This document shows positions 9,150-19,423 of a DNA stretch of 64,000 bases, piece by piece (positions within the stretch are counted from its first letter, which is position 1; every line of letters begins with the position of its first letter). The notes under the pieces are model-generated. The model was not told the DNA's origin and did not search any database. It saw only the letters and a list, made by a program, of their open reading frames with translations. This stretch comes from Ignavibacteriota bacterium. Its GTDB lineage: Bacteria; Bacteroidota; Ignavibacteria; UBA10030. Where the stretch lies: assembly GCA_963701295.1 (NCBI GenBank), contig OY969585.1, positions 832,001 to 896,000 of the forward strand. Reading direction: 5' to 3'. Position numbers and translations under genes: made by a program.

Positions 9150-11585
9150 TCAGTGAGGAAGAACTGAAATCGTCATCTCTTTATCGTACTCTGTCTGACT
9201 GCGTGTTGGATTCTGCGCGCCATGTGTCTTACGTTTTACCTGTTCTTCTACATATTGCATTAATTCATTGATCGTGACTGTATAGTCATTATTATAGTCT
9301 GCCTTGCCTTCCATACCTTCCAGCAAATAATAGGTAAAGACTCCGTGAGCCATTTCGGGGAATTCCTGCGATACTTCCCCGGATGCACTAGCGGTAAACA
9401 CAACGACACCTTCTTTTGACTTTGACAGATCCGAAAGATATTGATTCACTAAGTTTTCTTCAGTAACACCGACGCCGCGTGTTGCAAAATTTACGCTGAT
9501 ATTACCACTATGACAAGCATCGGAGAACACAATAACGCGCTTTGCATTAATATAACGCGCCAATACGGTCTGAATATCCCACATGGGAAATGCCGTAGTA
9601 CCAAGCGCAGATGGATCGCTATCGCTCGTCAGCAGGTAAATATTTTGCGGACGTGCAGGTTCTGGTGCGCCATGTCCTGCAAAATAAATGAGCACGAGAT
9701 CCATGTCAATTGCCTGATTCAGGAAATTAATAAGCGCATCCCTCACGTTTGCAAGTGTCGCATCTTTATTCAGCAATACTCTCATATGGTCAGAATCATA
9801 TCCGCCGCCTTCAGGTCGCCGGAGAAAATTTGCCAGCGCTTCTGCGTCCTTATCGGCGTACTTTAAACTCGGAATTCCAGGATTCGTATATTCGGATATT
9901 CCCACAATAACCGCCCAGCGCTGCGGACCGGAACCACCCCGCTCCTTTTTTGTCCCGCCAGAAACAGATGAAATTCTAGAAAGTGCCGAGAGAGTACGAT
10001 TAACACTAATCGTTTTTGAAAATTTGTCACCCGCCTTACTTATGATCGATAATTGAATTTGATTATAACCGAGAACAATTGGAATATCTTCCGAAATGAT
10101 ATCGCCTGCTGTCTTGAATCCAGGCTCCTGCCCGTTCACAATATCTACCATGTTGGATGAAATCGAATATGAAGAAATATCGAACCATGTCCGAAATTTA
10201 AGAGGAAGAGAAACCGCACCGGTCTCAGAATTATTTACCGGGTTTTCGATTTCCACTGCTTGATCACTTGACAGCCGCCGAATCTCTCCGTTGAGAGTCA
10301 CCGAATGATGAGCATTATCCGAAACACGGATCTCGTATGGAATCAACCCGATCGAATCAAGCTTCACAAGAGTGCTGAAGCGTTTTGCAGATTTCATTCC
10401 AGCAGGAATTTTTGCCGCATCTTCTGCAGAAATTGCAATGAGCTTAACAGGTGTACCGTTTATTGTCACTTCTTTTACGTTGGTATCGTCATACACCAAA
10501 CCCCGAAGTTCATATTCACGGGCAAAAACTTTTGCAGAGACCGACCCAGCCACAGGCTGTTCCATGACAATGCCCGGATTGATTGAATCAGGTGGAGTAA
10601 GAGCCACCTTCCAGCTCTTCAAGAGGCCTGTACTTGTCCCGGTCAGGAGCGTTTCATCATTGAGAAAAACTGCATAGGTTGTATAACCATCATGCTCGGT
10701 CATGGTCTTCACATTCATCGATGCTGCTAGGTCGAAGATTTTTATTGTGCTATCCGCCGACGTTGAAACAACCCATCGCGTTTTTGGATCAAAGGCTACA
10801 GACCAGATAGGGCCGTTCTGTGCATATCTATTTTTCAATATACCGCATTGTGCATCCCACAGAAGTACCTTTCCATCGGCAGTACCGGTAGCAAGATATT
10901 TTCCATCTGCGCTGTAGCATAATGTCATAATTCTATCTTTTGCATCGTTGAATGTAGAAATCGTCGATAATGTCCCAATGGAAAAGATATTGACTTGACC
11001 CTTCGACAATCCAACCGCACCGTTTTTTGCATCCGGTTGAATAGCAAGCGCGGTAATTTCTTCTTGAAATGCCGGCACAGATCCTATAGCAGTACCGCTG
11101 ACAGCATCGGTAATAGTCACCATTTTGTTTGCGCCTGCAGAAAAAATCCATCCTTCATCTTGGAATACCACCGCATTGACAGCCTGCGAATATATCGATA
11201 GCGATTTTGCTATAGCTCCAGTTGTCATATCGAATAAGAGTACTTGTCCATCGATTGCACCGAGTGCTAATGTTTTCCCGGAGGCGGAAAAAGACAATGC
11301 ATTTATACCTGTTGGCATGCTGATGGGGGACAATTTCTCCTTGAGTGAAAAAATATCATAAAGCCTCAATATCTTTTCCTGTGAGAGAACAGCCAAGAGA
11401 TTTGCTTTTGAAGAAACAACACCACACATAACCGGCCCTTTGAAGGCTTCTACAGATTGAAGCTGTTCTACGTATAATTCCTGCTCGCCGACGTTCAAAG
11501 AACTCAGGCGAGCTTGCTGCGAGTACGCAACAGCAGTGACGGTAAGTATCGTCATCCATATAGAGAAAACAATTCTTCGTCCCAA
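9150..11585 (-). CDS. Exported WD40-repeat / Ig-like / caspase (peptidase C14) protein
   Basis: Signal peptide, about 7 WD40 repeats, beta-rich linker, and a C-terminal caspase with RWAVIVGISEY, YFAGHG (His) and SDACHSG (Cys). AAGGAG RBS precedes the TTG start. Confidence 0.9.
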   Translation of the reverse strand: MGRRIVFSIWMTILTVTAVAYSQQARLSSLNVGEQELYVEQLQSVEAFKGPVMCGVVSSKANLLAVLSQEKILRLYDIFSLKEKLSPISMPTGINALSFSASGKTLALGAIDGQVLLFDMTTGAIAKSLSIYSQAVNAVVFQDEGWIFSAGANKMVTITDAVSGTAIGSVPAFQEEITALAIQPDAKNGAVGLSKGQVNIFSIGTLSTISTFNDAKDRIMTLCYSADGKYLATGTADGKVLLWDAQCGILKNRYAQNGPIWSVAFDPKTRWVVSTSADSTIKIFDLAASMNVKTMTEHDGYTTYAVFLNDETLLTGTSTGLLKSWKVALTPPDSINPGIVMEQPVAGSVSAKVFAREYELRGLVYDDTNVKEVTINGTPVKLIAISAEDAAKIPAGMKSAKRFSTLVKLDSIGLIPYEIRVSDNAHHSVTLNGEIRRLSSDQAVEIENPVNNSETGAVSLPLKFRTWFDISSYSISSNMVDIVNGQEPGFKTAGDIISEDIPIVLGYNQIQLSIISKAGDKFSKTISVNRTLSALSRISSVSGGTKKERGGSGPQRWAVIVGISEYTNPGIPSLKYADKDAEALANFLRRPEGGGYDSDHMRVLLNKDATLANVRDALINFLNQAIDMDLVLIYFAGHGAPEPARPQNIYLLTSDSDPSALGTTAFPMWDIQTVLARYINAKRVIVFSDACHSGNISVNFATRGVGVTEENLVNQYLSDLSKSKEGVVVFTASASGEVSQEFPEMAHGVFTYYLLEGMEGKADYNNDYTVTINELMQYVEEQVKRKTHGAQNPTRSQTEYDKEMTISVLPH

Positions 11586-11860
11586 GGGACACTCCTTATT
11601 CCATACTAGCGCTTTTATAATAGCGATTGACGCAGTATGTTACGTGGTGTTTCGTACGAAAAGAAAAGAACGATCGTACATTCTCATTAGTGAGATGCGA
11701 TACAAGGAGCTATAATTTTGTATCAAAAAGAATCCGAAAATGACGGAGTTTTAGTTAGGATTATTCCTATATGTGCTGATTTTATTGAGCAAATTATCGA
11801 GGATTTTCAAGTAAATATCATTTATACATCCTGAGATCAAAATATCTTAATCAGAGACAT

Positions 11861-12139
11861 TTAAAACTGTTGTGCCGCCTTCACAAAGAGATTGATGAGA
11901 CGGGTGCGAACACTTTTATTTTGCAGCGTAATTTCCGGATTTGATTCGAGCCCGTAGATGATATCGCTGAAGGATGAGAGTGGAATTTGTGACTTTGGAT
12001 TCTGCCGTAAGAAATCCTGCAGATGATTGAGAAACAAGAGGATTTCATCAGCACATCCAATAATTTCGTAATCATCACCCTTTAATAAAATTTTACCAAG
12101 GCTGGAAACCTGAGAAACAAGATGACGTTTTAGAGCCAT
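11861..12139 (-). CDS. Hypothetical protein, coupled to rarA
   Basis: 92-aa ORF with ATG 3 nt after the rarA stop. Confidence 0.6.
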   Translation of the reverse strand: MALKRHLVSQVSSLGKILLKGDDYEIIGCADEILLFLNHLQDFLRQNPKSQIPLSSFSDIIYGLESNPEITLQNKSVRTRLINLFVKAAQQF

Positions 12140-12142
12140 AAA

Positions 12143-13468
12143 TTACCGTTGCTTCTTTTTCCACCATCGATTGAGCCGTTCGCGGATATCTTTTTCTCTT
12201 CCAAGATCTGTGGGTTTATAATAGAGCTTCTCTTTCAAATTATCCGGCAAAAATTGCTGTTCAACAAAGTGACCGGGAAAATCGTGGCTATATTTGTATT
12301 CTTTCCCATAGCCGAGTTCGTTCATCAATTTTGTTGGAGCATTGCGGACATGAAGAGGCACGGGAAGATTCGGAAGATTTCGCACATCACCCCACGCTTC
12401 TTCAATTGCACGGTACGAAGCATTGCTCTTCGGACATGAAGCGAGATATACCGCCGTTTGCGCAAGCACGATACGCGCTTCCGGCATGCCGATGTAATCG
12501 ATTGCGGTGAAACACGATGTCGCCAATGTAAGAGCGTACGGATCGGCGTTACCAATATCTTCTGAAGCAAGCACGATCATCCGGCGCGAGATGAATTTCG
12601 GATCCTCGCCACCGTCGAGCATACGTGCCATCCAATAGACAGCGGCATCAGGATCGCTGCCTCGCACACTCTTGATAAATGCTGAAATAATATCATAATG
12701 TTGTTCGCCTTCTTTGTCATAGAGTGTAAATTTTCGCTGGAAGGCTTCTTCAATTTTCTGTTTGGTGATCGTCACAGAACCATCAGCGGCCGGTTTTATC
12801 AGGCGGATTGCATTTTCTAATCCATTGAGAAGTTTCCGTGCATCACCACCAGATAAAAGCATCAGGAATTCACGATCAACAATTTTGATCTTACGTTTCG
12901 ATAGAATCGTATCGCTTTCCAGAGCATGAGTAAGAATTGCATTCAGCGAATCTCTGTTTAGCGATTCCATGACATACACCTGACATCTTGAAAGAAGCGG
13001 CGATATAACTTCGAACGATGGATTCTCCGTCGTCGCACCTATTAATGTGATTATCCCTTCTTCGACCGAATGTAGCAGCGCATCTTGCTGTGCTTTGTTG
13101 AAACGGTGAATCTCGTCAATAAAAAGGACAGTACGTTTGTTCAGTGACCTGAGATTTTTCTCGGCACGAGCGATAATTTCTCGGACGTCTTTCACACCGG
13201 CGGCGACCGCATTGAGCTGATGAAACTCTGCTTCCACATGATGTGCCACCAAACGTGCTAATGTTGTTTTGCCCACTCCTGGCGGACCCCAGAAAATCAT
13301 GGATGCAATTTCTCCGCCTTCCAGCATTAACCGGAGCGGTTTATCGGGCTGAGTCAGGTGGTCCTGCCCGACAAATTCGTTCAATATTTTCGGGCGAACG
13401 CGTTCCGCTAATGGCGCCAATGGGGGACGAGCAGAACGAGATTCTTCTTTAGAAAACAAATCAGACAT
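12143..13468 (-). CDS. rarA: Replication-associated recombination protein A (RarA/MgsA)
   Basis: [58 protein letters not shown]. Confidence 0.95.
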   Translation of the reverse strand: MSDLFSKEESRSARPPLAPLAERVRPKILNEFVGQDHLTQPDKPLRLMLEGGEIASMIFWGPPGVGKTTLARLVAHHVEAEFHQLNAVAAGVKDVREIIARAEKNLRSLNKRTVLFIDEIHRFNKAQQDALLHSVEEGIITLIGATTENPSFEVISPLLSRCQVYVMESLNRDSLNAILTHALESDTILSKRKIKIVDREFLMLLSGGDARKLLNGLENAIRLIKPAADGSVTITKQKIEEAFQRKFTLYDKEGEQHYDIISAFIKSVRGSDPDAAVYWMARMLDGGEDPKFISRRMIVLASEDIGNADPYALTLATSCFTAIDYIGMPEARIVLAQTAVYLASCPKSNASYRAIEEAWGDVRNLPNLPVPLHVRNAPTKLMNELGYGKEYKYSHDFPGHFVEQQFLPDNLKEKLYYKPTDLGREKDIRERLNRWWKKKQR

Positions 13469-13556
13469 TGATATGAGAAATTGGGTGATTGAATAACTTT
13501 GTGATTTAATGATTTGGAGATGTCATTTACAGAAACATTCATTCTGCAACATTCTT

Positions 13557-13612
13557 CTATTCACCATTTACTATTCACTGTTCACTATTTACCACTTTCT
13601 ATCTTCTGTCTT
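13557..13612 (+). repeat. Degenerate 7-nt tandem repeat array
   Basis: CTATTCA CCATTTA CTATTCA CTGTTCA CTATTTA CCACTTT CTATCTT CTGTCTT (8 units). Confidence 0.75.
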
Positions 13613-13627
13613 CCACAGTATTTATTT

Positions 13628-14029
13628 TCACTTTCTTCCAATCTTTACCTTCTCTGATTCTTTTCGAGATGTTGTTTCATCCATTTCCAGATGGAACCTA
13701 TGCAGAAAACGATGAAACACCGGTACAACCAAAAAGCCGACAGCGATGATAAACATAAGTCCGCAATACATGGAATAGATGCCCGCAAAGATTTTTCCGG
13801 CATCGTTGTGAAACTCGTTCACAGGGCACATCCCGCCCATCAACATCGAAGCGTTCACAAAAGCATCGACCCACGAAAAATTCCCGAAGATTCGATATCC
13901 AACCATTCCTGTCAGCAATGAGACAGTCACGAATCCGGCAGAAAGAAGCGCAAAGGGAATCATCCGCTTTATGAATTCCAAACGCGGCAACAGGGGTTTG
14001 CTGCGGTACTCAAACACGCTGCTCTTCAT
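13628..14029 (-). CDS. Small two-TM membrane protein (ion-channel pore-like family)
   Basis: TM1, GY....FSWVDAF.NASM.MGGM.PV, then GKIFAG.Y and TM2, ending HRFLHRFHL. Confidence 0.65.
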   Translation of the reverse strand: MKSSVFEYRSKPLLPRLEFIKRMIPFALLSAGFVTVSLLTGMVGYRIFGNFSWVDAFVNASMLMGGMCPVNEFHNDAGKIFAGIYSMYCGLMFIIAVGFLVVPVFHRFLHRFHLEMDETTSRKESEKVKIGRK

Positions 14030-14041
14030 AGAGAATAATCC

Positions 14042-14386
14042 TTATTTCTCTTTTTTCACCTGATAGACCGTTTCGCCTTCCCGCTTCATTCCGTACTTTT
14101 CACGGGCGATTTTTTCGATCGTTTTCTTATCCCCCTCCAACGCTTTGATCTGTTCCTGGAGCCGTTTAGTTTCTAAACTATCGGCTTTGAGTTTTTCGAT
14201 CCATTCATTGTGCTGCGATTCAAGACTGAGTCGTTTGAGAATCCCTTTATTATCAAATATAAGGTAGAGAAAGAGAAAGAAGAGAATAATGAGAAGTATC
14301 GTGCGTCTTTTGTTTTTTGCCGCCTTCTTTGCAATTCGTTTCAGGAAGTGATCCGGCTGGATGTTTCTATAGAATTGATTGTCCAT
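14042..14386 (-). CDS. ftsB: Septum formation initiator FtsB/DivIC
   Basis: Single TM, coiled coil, IEKIAREKYGMKREGETVY. ATG at 14386. Confidence 0.85.
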   Translation of the reverse strand: MDNQFYRNIQPDHFLKRIAKKAAKNKRRTILLIILFFLFLYLIFDNKGILKRLSLESQHNEWIEKLKADSLETKRLQEQIKALEGDKKTIEKIAREKYGMKREGETVYQVKKEK

Positions 14387-14397
14387 CAGACTACTAC

Positions 14398-15540
14398 TTA
14401 TGTATACCAATTATTTTTCGGATGGTATGTTGTTTTGAGTTTCTTTTTTGTGGTATGCCGTTCGATTGCAAGCTGAATTAATGTATCTAACAATGCGGAA
14501 TAGGACAGTCCGGAAGCCTGCCAGAGTTTCGGATACATGCTGATGGAAGTAAAACCGGGAAGAGTATTGATCTCGTTGAGAACAATATGATTTGTTTTTC
14601 GATTCACGAGAAAATCAATGCGAGCCATACCTGCACAATCCAAGATCCGAAATGCATTCAACGCATACATTTGTATTTTCTTTGCAATACTTTTCGGTAG
14701 TTTTGCAGGGATGATTTCCGTTGTCTTTCCATCAACATACTTCGCATCGTAATCATAAAATTCATTCGATGGAACAATCTCGCCTAAGACCGATGCAGTG
14801 GGATTGTCATTGCCCAATACACTACATTCAATCTCGCGTGCGTTTTTTACTCCACGTTCCACTAATATTTTTCTATCAAACTGCGCCGCTTGTTCTATCG
14901 ATGCAAGTAATTCCTTACGGCAGCCTGCTTTACTAATACCAATACTCGAGCCGGAGTTCGCCGGTTTAATAAAAAGCGGATATTTTAATTTTCGCTCGAT
15001 CTTTGTAACATATTTTTGCTGCTGTACTTTGTATATTTCATATACAAACCAGACGGCAGGTGATACAGGAATATGTGCCTTCAGTAATAATTCTTTTTGA
15101 ACAATTTTATCCATTCCGACTGCTGAGCTGAGCACTCCAGCGCCAACATACGGAATATCTGCGAGTTCCAATAATCCCTGAAGCGCGCCGTCTTCACCAT
15201 AAGTGCCATGAATTAAAGGGAAAATAACATCGAGCGGCCTCCCGGCACTGCCGCTCTCACCGAGAACAACCAACGATTGCTTGCGTGGGTCAGGTACAAG
15301 CATGTGCTCCGGTTCGTTATCGATAGATTTTTTTTCTTTCAGCAGGCGAAGAGTTTTTCCAGAGCTGAGCCATTGTCCGGTTGAGGCTATTCCGATAGGA
15401 ACAACTTCATATTTCTCTTTATCCAGCGCATTGATGACAGATGAGGCGGAGACAAGCGAAACTTCATGCTCGACTGATCGCCCGCCAAAAATGATACCGA
15501 TGCGGATTCTGTGATTAACTGGTTCTTGGCTTTTTGTCAT
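14398..15540 (-). CDS. ddl: D-alanine--D-alanine ligase
   Basis: [47 protein letters not shown] at 15540 preferred. Confidence 0.95.
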   Translation of the reverse strand: MTKSQEPVNHRIRIGIIFGGRSVEHEVSLVSASSVINALDKEKYEVVPIGIASTGQWLSSGKTLRLLKEKKSIDNEPEHMLVPDPRKQSLVVLGESGSAGRPLDVIFPLIHGTYGEDGALQGLLELADIPYVGAGVLSSAVGMDKIVQKELLLKAHIPVSPAVWFVYEIYKVQQQKYVTKIERKLKYPLFIKPANSGSSIGISKAGCRKELLASIEQAAQFDRKILVERGVKNAREIECSVLGNDNPTASVLGEIVPSNEFYDYDAKYVDGKTTEIIPAKLPKSIAKKIQMYALNAFRILDCAGMARIDFLVNRKTNHIVLNEINTLPGFTSISMYPKLWQASGLSYSALLDTLIQLAIERHTTKKKLKTTYHPKNNWYT

Positions 15541-15728
15541 AGACAATTGACTATTTTTCTGACTTGGACATTCCATATTTCTACGTACTTCGTGAATATG
15601 ATAGGGAAAAGAGTGGAGAGGTGCAACGAATTCCGGAGTGACGTATTGCGTTTCGATGGAAAACTCAGTAGGTTTTTTCAATTGGATCATTCATCAGGCT
15701 TATCATTTATTACTGGAGATCGATTTTC

Positions 15729-17255
15729 ATGAGCAGCCCACTGTTCGCAAAAAAACCACTATCCCTCCTCCTCGAAGAAATGAAGGGAGAGAATCGCTTA
15801 CGCCGTGTACTCGGGCCCGTAACCCTTACCAGTCTTGGAGTTGGGGCTATTATTGGAACCGGTATTTTTGTATTAACAGGTGTCGGTGCACATGATAAAG
15901 CAGGCCCAGCATTGATTCTTTCCTTCGCTACAGCAGGAGTCGCATGTGTTTTTGCCGCACTCTGCTATGCAGAATTTGCTTCGATGGTGCCTGTTGCAGG
16001 TTCGGCTTACACCTATGCATACGCAACACTCGGCGAACTTTTTGCTTGGATTATCGGATGGGACTTAGTTCTAGAATATGCTGTCGCTTCAGCGGCAGTT
16101 GCACACGGGTGGTCTGCCCATTTTCAAGATCTTCTTAAGAGTTTCGGTATTGTCATTCCCTTTTCACTTTCTACTGCACCAATTGACTTCAATACAGGAA
16201 CCAGCCGTTTCTTTGCTACCGGATCGTACTTTGACCTCACTGCTGTCATTATCACAGCGATGATCACTACTATCTTAGTAAAAGGAATAAAAGAAAGTGC
16301 CGTATTCAACACGACCATGGTTATCATCAAGCTTGTAATCGTGCTTTTTGTGATCGTCGTTGGAGTCTTCTATATTGATCCGAATAACTGGCATCCGTTT
16401 GCTCCTTACGGGCTTACCGGTATCAGTTTCTTCGGGCATACATTGTTCGGACAAACTGCCAGCAATGGCGTTCCGCTTGGGATGCTCGCAGGCGCGGCTA
16501 TTATTTTCTTTGCTTACATCGGTTTCGATTCAGTTTCCACGCATGCAGAGGAAGCACGAAATCCGCAGCGCGATGTACCAATTGGTATTATTGCTTCCCT
16601 TCTTATTTGCACGGTATTGTATATTGCAGTCTCTGCAATCATTACCGGCATGGTTCGTTATGATCAAATTGATATCAATGCTCCCGTTGCAAATGCTTTT
16701 GCACAAAAGGGATTGCCATGGGCGCAACGCCTTATTGATGTCGGAGCCATTACAGGCATTACATCTGTACTGCTCGTGATGATGTTAAGCCAGCCGCGGG
16801 TACTTTTAGCAATGGCACGTGATGGTATGGTACCTGAGAGTTTTTTTGGCGCAGTGCATTCGAAATTCCGCACACCGTGGAAATCGACCATTCTTACCGG
16901 AATCTTTGTCGCTGCAATGGCAACACTCCTTCCACTTCGTATACTTGCGGAGCTGACAAACATCGGAACTTTGCTGGCATTCGTAATCGTTTGTACGGCA
17001 GTGCTCATTATGCGCAAAACAAATCCTAAAGCGGAACGCCCATTTCGTGCTCCTTTCGTACCTTTTGTGCCCATTGCAGGTATTGTATGTTGTTCGATAC
17101 TCATGTTTTCACTACCGGTAGAAAACTGGTGGCGTTTGTTTATCTGGCTGGGAATCGGTTTCATTATTTACTTCAGCTATGGCCGGCGGCATTGTGTAAC
17201 AGCACGCATCCGTCGTGGCGAAGTGGCTGTGCCAAAGATGGAAGATCCGGTATAA
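15729..17255 (+). CDS. APC-family amino acid permease (CAT/YfnA-like)
   Basis: GVGAIIGTGIF, LCYAEFASMVPVAGSAYTY, FFAYIGFD; many TMs. Confidence 0.92.
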   Translation: MSSPLFAKKPLSLLLEEMKGENRLRRVLGPVTLTSLGVGAIIGTGIFVLTGVGAHDKAGPALILSFATAGVACVFAALCYAEFASMVPVAGSAYTYAYATLGELFAWIIGWDLVLEYAVASAAVAHGWSAHFQDLLKSFGIVIPFSLSTAPIDFNTGTSRFFATGSYFDLTAVIITAMITTILVKGIKESAVFNTTMVIIKLVIVLFVIVVGVFYIDPNNWHPFAPYGLTGISFFGHTLFGQTASNGVPLGMLAGAAIIFFAYIGFDSVSTHAEEARNPQRDVPIGIIASLLICTVLYIAVSAIITGMVRYDQIDINAPVANAFAQKGLPWAQRLIDVGAITGITSVLLVMMLSQPRVLLAMARDGMVPESFFGAVHSKFRTPWKSTILTGIFVAAMATLLPLRILAELTNIGTLLAFVIVCTAVLIMRKTNPKAERPFRAPFVPFVPIAGIVCCSILMFSLPVENWWRLFIWLGIGFIIYFSYGRRHCVTARIRRGEVAVPKMEDPV

Positions 17256-17680
17256 TGATCCGAAAAGCGCTCGTCAGCGACGTTCAAGCAATACAAATAT
17301 TATTTCAGGAACTCACCGGATCTCCAATTTCGGGCGATGAAGTTCTTAACCGGATACAGTTCGTTCAACAAAGCTCTATTGATACATTATTCGTTTATGA
17401 ACACCAGAAGAGCGTTGCCTGCCTGCTTGCTTTCAGGATTCGTGAAAACATCGAGGCAAACAGTCGGTTCGGGGAAATATCTGTTCTTGTCGTCCGACCA
17501 GAATTTCGCAAAAGGGGAATTGGCAAAGAACTCATGGAGTATGCCGAACACCTTGCCCGTGAACAAAACTGCATCGGGACATGGCTTGTCAGCGGATTCG
17601 GAAGAGAAGAAAAAGCACACGCGTTTTATAAATTGCTCGGATATGAGACGACCGGGTATCGGTTTGTGAAACGATTCTGA
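17255..17680 (+). CDS. GNAT-family N-acetyltransferase
   Basis: TAATG overlap with the permease stop; VRPEFRKRGIGKELM acetyl-CoA motif and AHAFYKLLGY. Confidence 0.85.
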   Translation: MIRKALVSDVQAIQILFQELTGSPISGDEVLNRIQFVQQSSIDTLFVYEHQKSVACLLAFRIRENIEANSRFGEISVLVVRPEFRKRGIGKELMEYAEHLAREQNCIGTWLVSGFGREEKAHAFYKLLGYETTGYRFVKRF

Positions 17681-17692
17681 CATGAGAATTCT

Positions 17693-19174
17693 ATGACCAA
17701 TTTAGAAAGTGGACACCAATTCAAACGCGGACTCGGACTGCTTGACTCGACTATGATCGTCATCGGCTCGATGATCGGCTCCGGAATTTTTATCGTGAGT
17801 GCTGATATCGGACGTATTGTCGGAGCGCCGGGATACCTGCTTTTGGTTTGGCTGATCACCGGTGTGATGACGATGATTGCCGCACTCAGTTATGGTGAGC
17901 TCGCGGGTATGATGCCTCACGTCGGTGGACAGTATGCCTATCTCCGTAAAGCATACAATCCATTCATTGCATTTCTTTATGGATGGACATTGTTCCTAGT
18001 TATTCAAACAGGAACAATCGCTGCGGTAGCGGTCGCCTTTGCAAAATTTACGGGCGTTCTGATTCCATGGTTTAGTGAAAAAAACTTCCTTTTTTCCGTC
18101 GGCAAGTTTCACATTACTGCAGCACAAATACTTGCAATGGTGAGTGTCATTCTTTTAACCTCTGTAAACATGCGAGGGTTGCAAGAAGGAAAAATTGTCC
18201 AGAACATTTTCACATTTACAAAAATCATCGCTCTTCTTGGATTTGTTTTTCTCGCATTGTTCATAGGTCAAAACACATCTGCAATTGCTGCAAACTTCAA
18301 TAACTTTTGGAATGCAACCTGGACACAAGCAGCAGACGGCAAGATTCTTTCCATCACTCCACTCTCGGGTATGATGCTTCTCTCCGCCATCGGCGTAGCA
18401 ATGGTCGGTTCTCTTTTCTCTGCTGATGCATGGAATAACATAACATTCACTGCAGGAGAAGTCACAAATCCAAACCGCACTATTCCGTTAAGCCTGGCAC
18501 TTGGAACAGGAACGGTGATACTTATCTATATTCTTGCAAATATCGGTTACTTGTTGGTTCTCCCTTTGGCTGGTTCTCCGGAAGCGACTGATGCGGTGGG
18601 ACGAGGAATTCAATTTGCCGTCAACGACCGAGTCGGAACAGCAGCCGCTTCTGTCATTTTCGGCGAGAGTGCTACAATTATTATGGCAGTGATGATCATG
18701 ATCTCTACATTCGGATGCAATAACGGATTGATACTCGCCGGAGCACGAGTATATTATGCGATGGCAAAAGATAAATTGTTCTTTAAAAGTGCCGGCATAT
18801 TGAACGACAAATCCGTCCCAGGTGCGGCCTTGGTAGTACAATGTATCTGGACATGTCTATTGTGCCTTTCCGGAACATATGGAGATCTGCTCAATTATGT
18901 CGTTTTCGCAGTTCTGTTGTTTTATATTTTGACGGTAATTGGAATTTTTATTTTGAGAAAGAAACAACCGAATGCAAAACGGCCTTACAGAGCATTGGGC
19001 TATCCCATGATTCCGATAGTTTATATTTTCCTCGCTGCTGCTATTTCGATTGACTTGCTCATTTTTAAACCTCAATACACCTGGCCGGGATTGGGTATTG
19101 TGGTGTTAGGAATTCCAGTGTTTTTCTTATGGAGAAGGCAGACCGATGAACATGATAATCTGAAGGTGAAGTAA
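17693..19174 (+). CDS. APC-family amino acid permease (LAT/SteT-like)
   Basis: GSMIGSGIF, LSYGELAGMMP..GGQYAY, LFSADAWNN; many TMs. Confidence 0.92.
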   Translation: MTNLESGHQFKRGLGLLDSTMIVIGSMIGSGIFIVSADIGRIVGAPGYLLLVWLITGVMTMIAALSYGELAGMMPHVGGQYAYLRKAYNPFIAFLYGWTLFLVIQTGTIAAVAVAFAKFTGVLIPWFSEKNFLFSVGKFHITAAQILAMVSVILLTSVNMRGLQEGKIVQNIFTFTKIIALLGFVFLALFIGQNTSAIAANFNNFWNATWTQAADGKILSITPLSGMMLLSAIGVAMVGSLFSADAWNNITFTAGEVTNPNRTIPLSLALGTGTVILIYILANIGYLLVLPLAGSPEATDAVGRGIQFAVNDRVGTAAASVIFGESATIIMAVMIMISTFGCNNGLILAGARVYYAMAKDKLFFKSAGILNDKSVPGAALVVQCIWTCLLCLSGTYGDLLNYVVFAVLLFYILTVIGIFILRKKQPNAKRPYRALGYPMIPIVYIFLAAAISIDLLIFKPQYTWPGLGIVVLGIPVFFLWRRQTDEHDNLKVK

Positions 19175-19423
19175 ATATATATTTTCAAAAAAACTTTTTT
19201 TCATCAGACGATTTCGTCTTCTATCGGAACATGAGAAGCGTGTGCCAGTATAATAGAGGGAAACCGTAAAATCATTGCAGGCGAAGAACATCGTCCTCAT
19301 AAGGATTTTTTGTTTTCTAGAGAGTTTTGTTCTTCTTTGCATAAAAAATTCAGTTTACTTACATTTACAGAATATACTTATTCTCATAGTTATTACTAAC
19401 TCTTCAATAATTTCTTTATATCT

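Noticed and set aside
13557-13612. CRISPR array
   Set aside because: The units are 7 nt with no spacers, and no cas genes are in the window.
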